Program-made: the position numbers and the translations under genes | In this document: positions 60,966 through 64,000 of the stretch, piece by piece | How positions within the stretch are numbered: position 1 is the first letter of the stretch | Layout: every line of letters begins with the position of its first letter | NCBI RefSeq assembly: GCF_004010195.1 | Contig: NC_057718.1 | Location: 33,366,699 to 33,430,698 of the forward strand | DNA from: Chiloscyllium plagiosum | Lineage: Eukaryota | Reading direction: 5' to 3' | Length of the DNA stretch: 64,000 bases | The notes under the pieces: model-generated | What the model was told of the DNA's origin: nothing | What the model saw: only the letters and a program-made list of their open reading frames with translations | The model's database searches: none

Positions 60966-61641
60966 TGTTGTATAAACCAGGAAGATTTGGGTCAGATTGG
61001 CAGGTTAGATATTAAAAATCTGAACCCATCTCCAACTCACCTTCTTCCAATTTTAATGGAAGCAGAAACAACCCACCCCTAGCCAGAGAATTGGCACTTT
61101 AAACATGACCAAATTTTAATCAAAGGGAAACTCATGTAATGTATCGGGGACTTAATACTGCATAGAGATTGGTGTAGAGACATTTAGGGTGAAACTAAAA
61201 TGGAAAATGGTGGAAGGATGCATTGGAGTGGATGCAGGACATCCCATTTTCTCAGTGGTGATGGGCAGTGGGATTGGGACTGTGCATCCAATCGAACCTG
61301 TTAAATTATCTTCAGAAGATCTTGTTCCACTGCATTTAGAATTTTCCATGGGGTACGAGGCTTGCCAATTCAAAGGAGGTGAGAGCTGAGGGACAGGTTA
61401 AGTGTTGGCTGTAGGTCCCAGCCATTCAGTGTTGCTGCATTAACAGGCAGGGTGGTTCAGGGAAGAGATTGGAAGCCTGAGACCAATGGAGGATTTGTTG
61501 GGATGAAGGCCAGTGTGGAGAGTTTTAACTGGAATGGAGAAGTAGGGGAATGGTGGAGCAGGGGGAAAGTGACATTGCACTATGTAGACTCGAAAGGGAG
61601 ATGGGTACTTTGTATTTCAGGTTTGACTCCATCAGTCAAAA

Positions 61642-61664
61642 GGAGAGAAAGAGAGAAAGATAGA

Positions 61665-61708
<44 letters not shown>

Positions 61709-61710
61709 AG
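61642..61710 (+). repeat. (GA)n microsatellite
   Basis: Direct reading. Confidence 0.95.
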
Positions 61711-61829
61711 GCATCACCCACATGCCAAATGCCAGCAGTGGGCAGAACAGCAGGACTCTCTGGCGGGATGTGATTGAGGAGGGCAGTAAGTTAAGCTAAT
61801 GCTCAAAGAAGGTTGTACTCAACATAAAC

Positions 61830-62260
61830 AATTTAAAATCAGAAGTTTAGCTTCAGGGAGATGCCAGGGCACCAGTGTCTTCGAAAGCTGCACCTGTCAA
61901 GATAGGTGGACACTGACCTATGTAACATGCTAGAAGAGGGGATGAGGCCACTGGGATGTGGTGAGACATCCATTGTCTGTGCCAGGGAAGGTGGGCATGT
62001 TGTTCAACTATTCACTCCAATGTTACGCCTGGGATCAGCTGAAGACATTAATTGGATCTCTCACTCAGTCACCCATTGCTGCATTGAGTAGGTTACTGAT
62101 GTGTTGTTCCAAAGGCCAGGGGGATATATCAGGTTTCACACTGATTAGCCAAATCAGACCAAGAGGGCAATCAAATTCAGAACTATGGCACAATTCCCTC
62201 AGGTATGGGGAGAGGTGTGATAGACTGCACTCATATGGCTATTAAGTCATCTTTCAGAGC
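61830..62260 (+). pseudogene. PIF/Harbinger (HARBI1-like) DDE transposase remnant
   Basis: Across frames: SFREMPGHQCLRKLHLSR, DLCNMLEE, HPLSVPGKV, GSAEDINWISHSVTHCCIE*VTDVLFQR..YIRF..FRTMAQFPQV, GVIDCTHMAIK; FP.V.G.IDCTH.AI is the Harbinger first catalytic-Asp motif. Confidence 0.8.
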
Positions 62261-62454
62261 AGTCACGTGCAGGATTCCATTCCCCCAGTATTCAAACTGT
62301 CTACTCCTGGTGTTTGCAAGGTCCACAAGAAACAATAATCAGTCCTTTGCCCTGATTTGTCTTAGCCTTCAGAAACATGCCTCCTAAATATAAAATTCAA
62401 CAAATGTTAAGATGCACAGAGCAGACGCACTGTAGCATACAGGAGATAAGTGTC

Positions 62455-62735
62455 CCCCAACTTTCCAGCTCAGCACCACACTCATGACCTGTCCCACCTG
62501 TCAATCTTCTTTCTCATCTATCCATTCCACCCTCTCCTCTGACCTATCACGTTTACCCCCACCTCCATCCACCTATTGCACTCTCTGCTATCTTACCCCC
62601 AGCCCCTCTCCCCCGCCCATTTATCTCTCCAGCCCCAAGGCTCCCAGCCTCATTCCTGAAGAAGGGCTTTTGCCTGCTCTTCGGATGCTGCCTGACCTGC
62701 TGTGCTCTTCCAGCGCCACACTTTTGACTCTGACA
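62455..62735 (+). mobile_element. PLE pLTR (family A), hammerhead partly deleted
   Basis: Similar to 17590-17898; cattcctgaagaagggcttttgcc. Confidence 0.82.
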
Positions 62736-63439
62736 ATCATTTCCCAATCTTTCTTGGCTGCAAGTCTGGTGTTAGGACTGCTAACATTGAGCAGAATTTA
62801 ATGCCCTCCCCAATGATGAGTTCAAGGGTTGCGGGGGGGGGGTGACATGGAATTGAGCAGGTGGAATCCTCATCTCTGTCCCAATTATGTCTAGGGTAGG
62901 AAGCCCCTTAGAAATTCTTGTTGGACTATCACCAATTCAGACTCCAACGTGGGAAATCAGTGGTCATTTTAATGGTCTCATCTCACTATCCAACCAGTCA
63001 CAGATGGGGGAACTCACCATATGGGAACAACCTGAGGATATTGTATGCAGGTTCCTGAGTGGGAAGGATGTCTGTCATTCTCGGCATCCGATTGGGCAAA
63101 CTAGCATCAAGAAGGGGCCCCTCTCCCATCCCTATCCTGAAATACCCTCTCCCCAAAACTCTACCACAACTCAGCTGCCCCATCGATGGTCAATCAATGA
63201 TAATGGACTTTGGGTGGATGCATTACCATCAGTACTGGCATTGTCAAGCAATGAACAGCTACTGATCTCTGATTAACTGGCAGCTCGGGGGTGTCATCTC
63301 TACTCCAATGGTACTTTATCCCGGGTAAGGACCATTGCTGCCTAATAAAGTGCCTGACTGGGACTTAATTGAGTTCTCACAAAAGAAGGCACACAGAGCT
63401 CTCACCAGATCCCCAGCTAATGATGAGTCTTCAATTATT

Positions 63440-63810
63440 CTAGGAAATACTATAGATTGTTAAATATTGAGAAAGGATACTTTCAGTAATTACAGGTCGG
63501 TCAGCTTAACCTCTGTATTGGTCAAATTATTGGAATACGTTTGGAGTCATGAAATGAATTGTTATTTGAGAAGGCACTAATTAATCAAAAATAATCAAAA
63601 TGGATTTGTTAAGAGTACATTTTGTCTGACCTGATTGAATTGTTTTGAGAAAGTGCAGTGGTACATCGATATGTTTAGCACATTTATTGTAGTTGAAATT
63701 GATTGTAGTAATGTTTTTCTGAAAGTCCCATGTGGAAGACTGGTCAGAAAAGCAGAAATCCATGGGATCCAGGGAAAGGTGGCGGCTTGGATTCAGATAG
63801 ATTGAGTAGC
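63440..63810 (+). mobile_element. Ancient CR1 RT fragment
   Basis: aattacaggtcggtcagcttaacctct (NYRSVSLTS) and aatcaaaatggattt (NQNGF). Confidence 0.75.
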
Positions 63811-63819
63811 AGAATTCTA

Positions 63820-64000
63820 TTTTATTCTTTCGTGGGATGTGGGCTTCACTGACAAGGCCAGAGTTTATTGCCCATCTCTATTTGCCCTTGAAAAGTTTGC
63901 TATGAGCCATTATCTTGAGATTTTGCAAAGAGCATGGTGTAGGTGCAGCTGTTAGGAAGAGACTTTCAGATCTTTGACCAACAATGAAGGAAAAGCAACA
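63820..64000 (-). mobile_element. LINE family B 3' end
   Basis: gtgggatgtgggcttcactgacaaggccagagtttattgcccatc, similar to 8950-9100. Confidence 0.65.

Noticed and set aside
6169..62735. Recurrent palindromic repeats that might suggest a CRISPR array or REP-like system
   Set aside because: Dispersed, no regular spacers, no cas genes, vertebrate context; explained as PLE pLTR derivatives.

Overview
Non-coding vertebrate DNA, almost certainly from a shark or other elasmobranch: it carries HE1-type and SacSINE1-type SINEs and HER1/CR1 LINEs, and has scaffold N-gaps. By eye roughly half of the window is transposable element. I can support no intact host gene; nearly all longer ORFs in the track are decayed TE coding sequence or antisense shadows. 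Content: (1) CR1-clade LINEs, including two near-full copies with an SGNH-esterase ORF1 and EN/RT ORF2, and two copies of a second family that share a frameshift. (2) About 25 Penelope-like (PLE) insertions from at least three families, with RT and GIY-YIG fragments. Many are small inverted-repeat mini-elements with 11-16 bp target-site duplications (TSDs) and minimal hammerhead-ribozyme motifs (CTGANGA-stem II-GAAA-CGTH). (3) An internally deleted Mutator-like (MULE) DNA transposon with CpG-rich TIRs, nested in a LINE. (4) PIF/Harbinger remnants (Myb/SANT and DDE), a Gypsy pol remnant and a putative solo LTR. (5) Several tRNA-derived SINE families. (6) Unique DNA with a small CpG-island-like patch at about 11.3-11.8 kb and enhancer-like motif clusters. 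The most interesting signals are the hammerhead-bearing palindromic PLE mini-elements, the MULE, and two locally templated insertions at TE junctions. Family names come from recalled consensus features, not database searches, and most boundaries are approximate.
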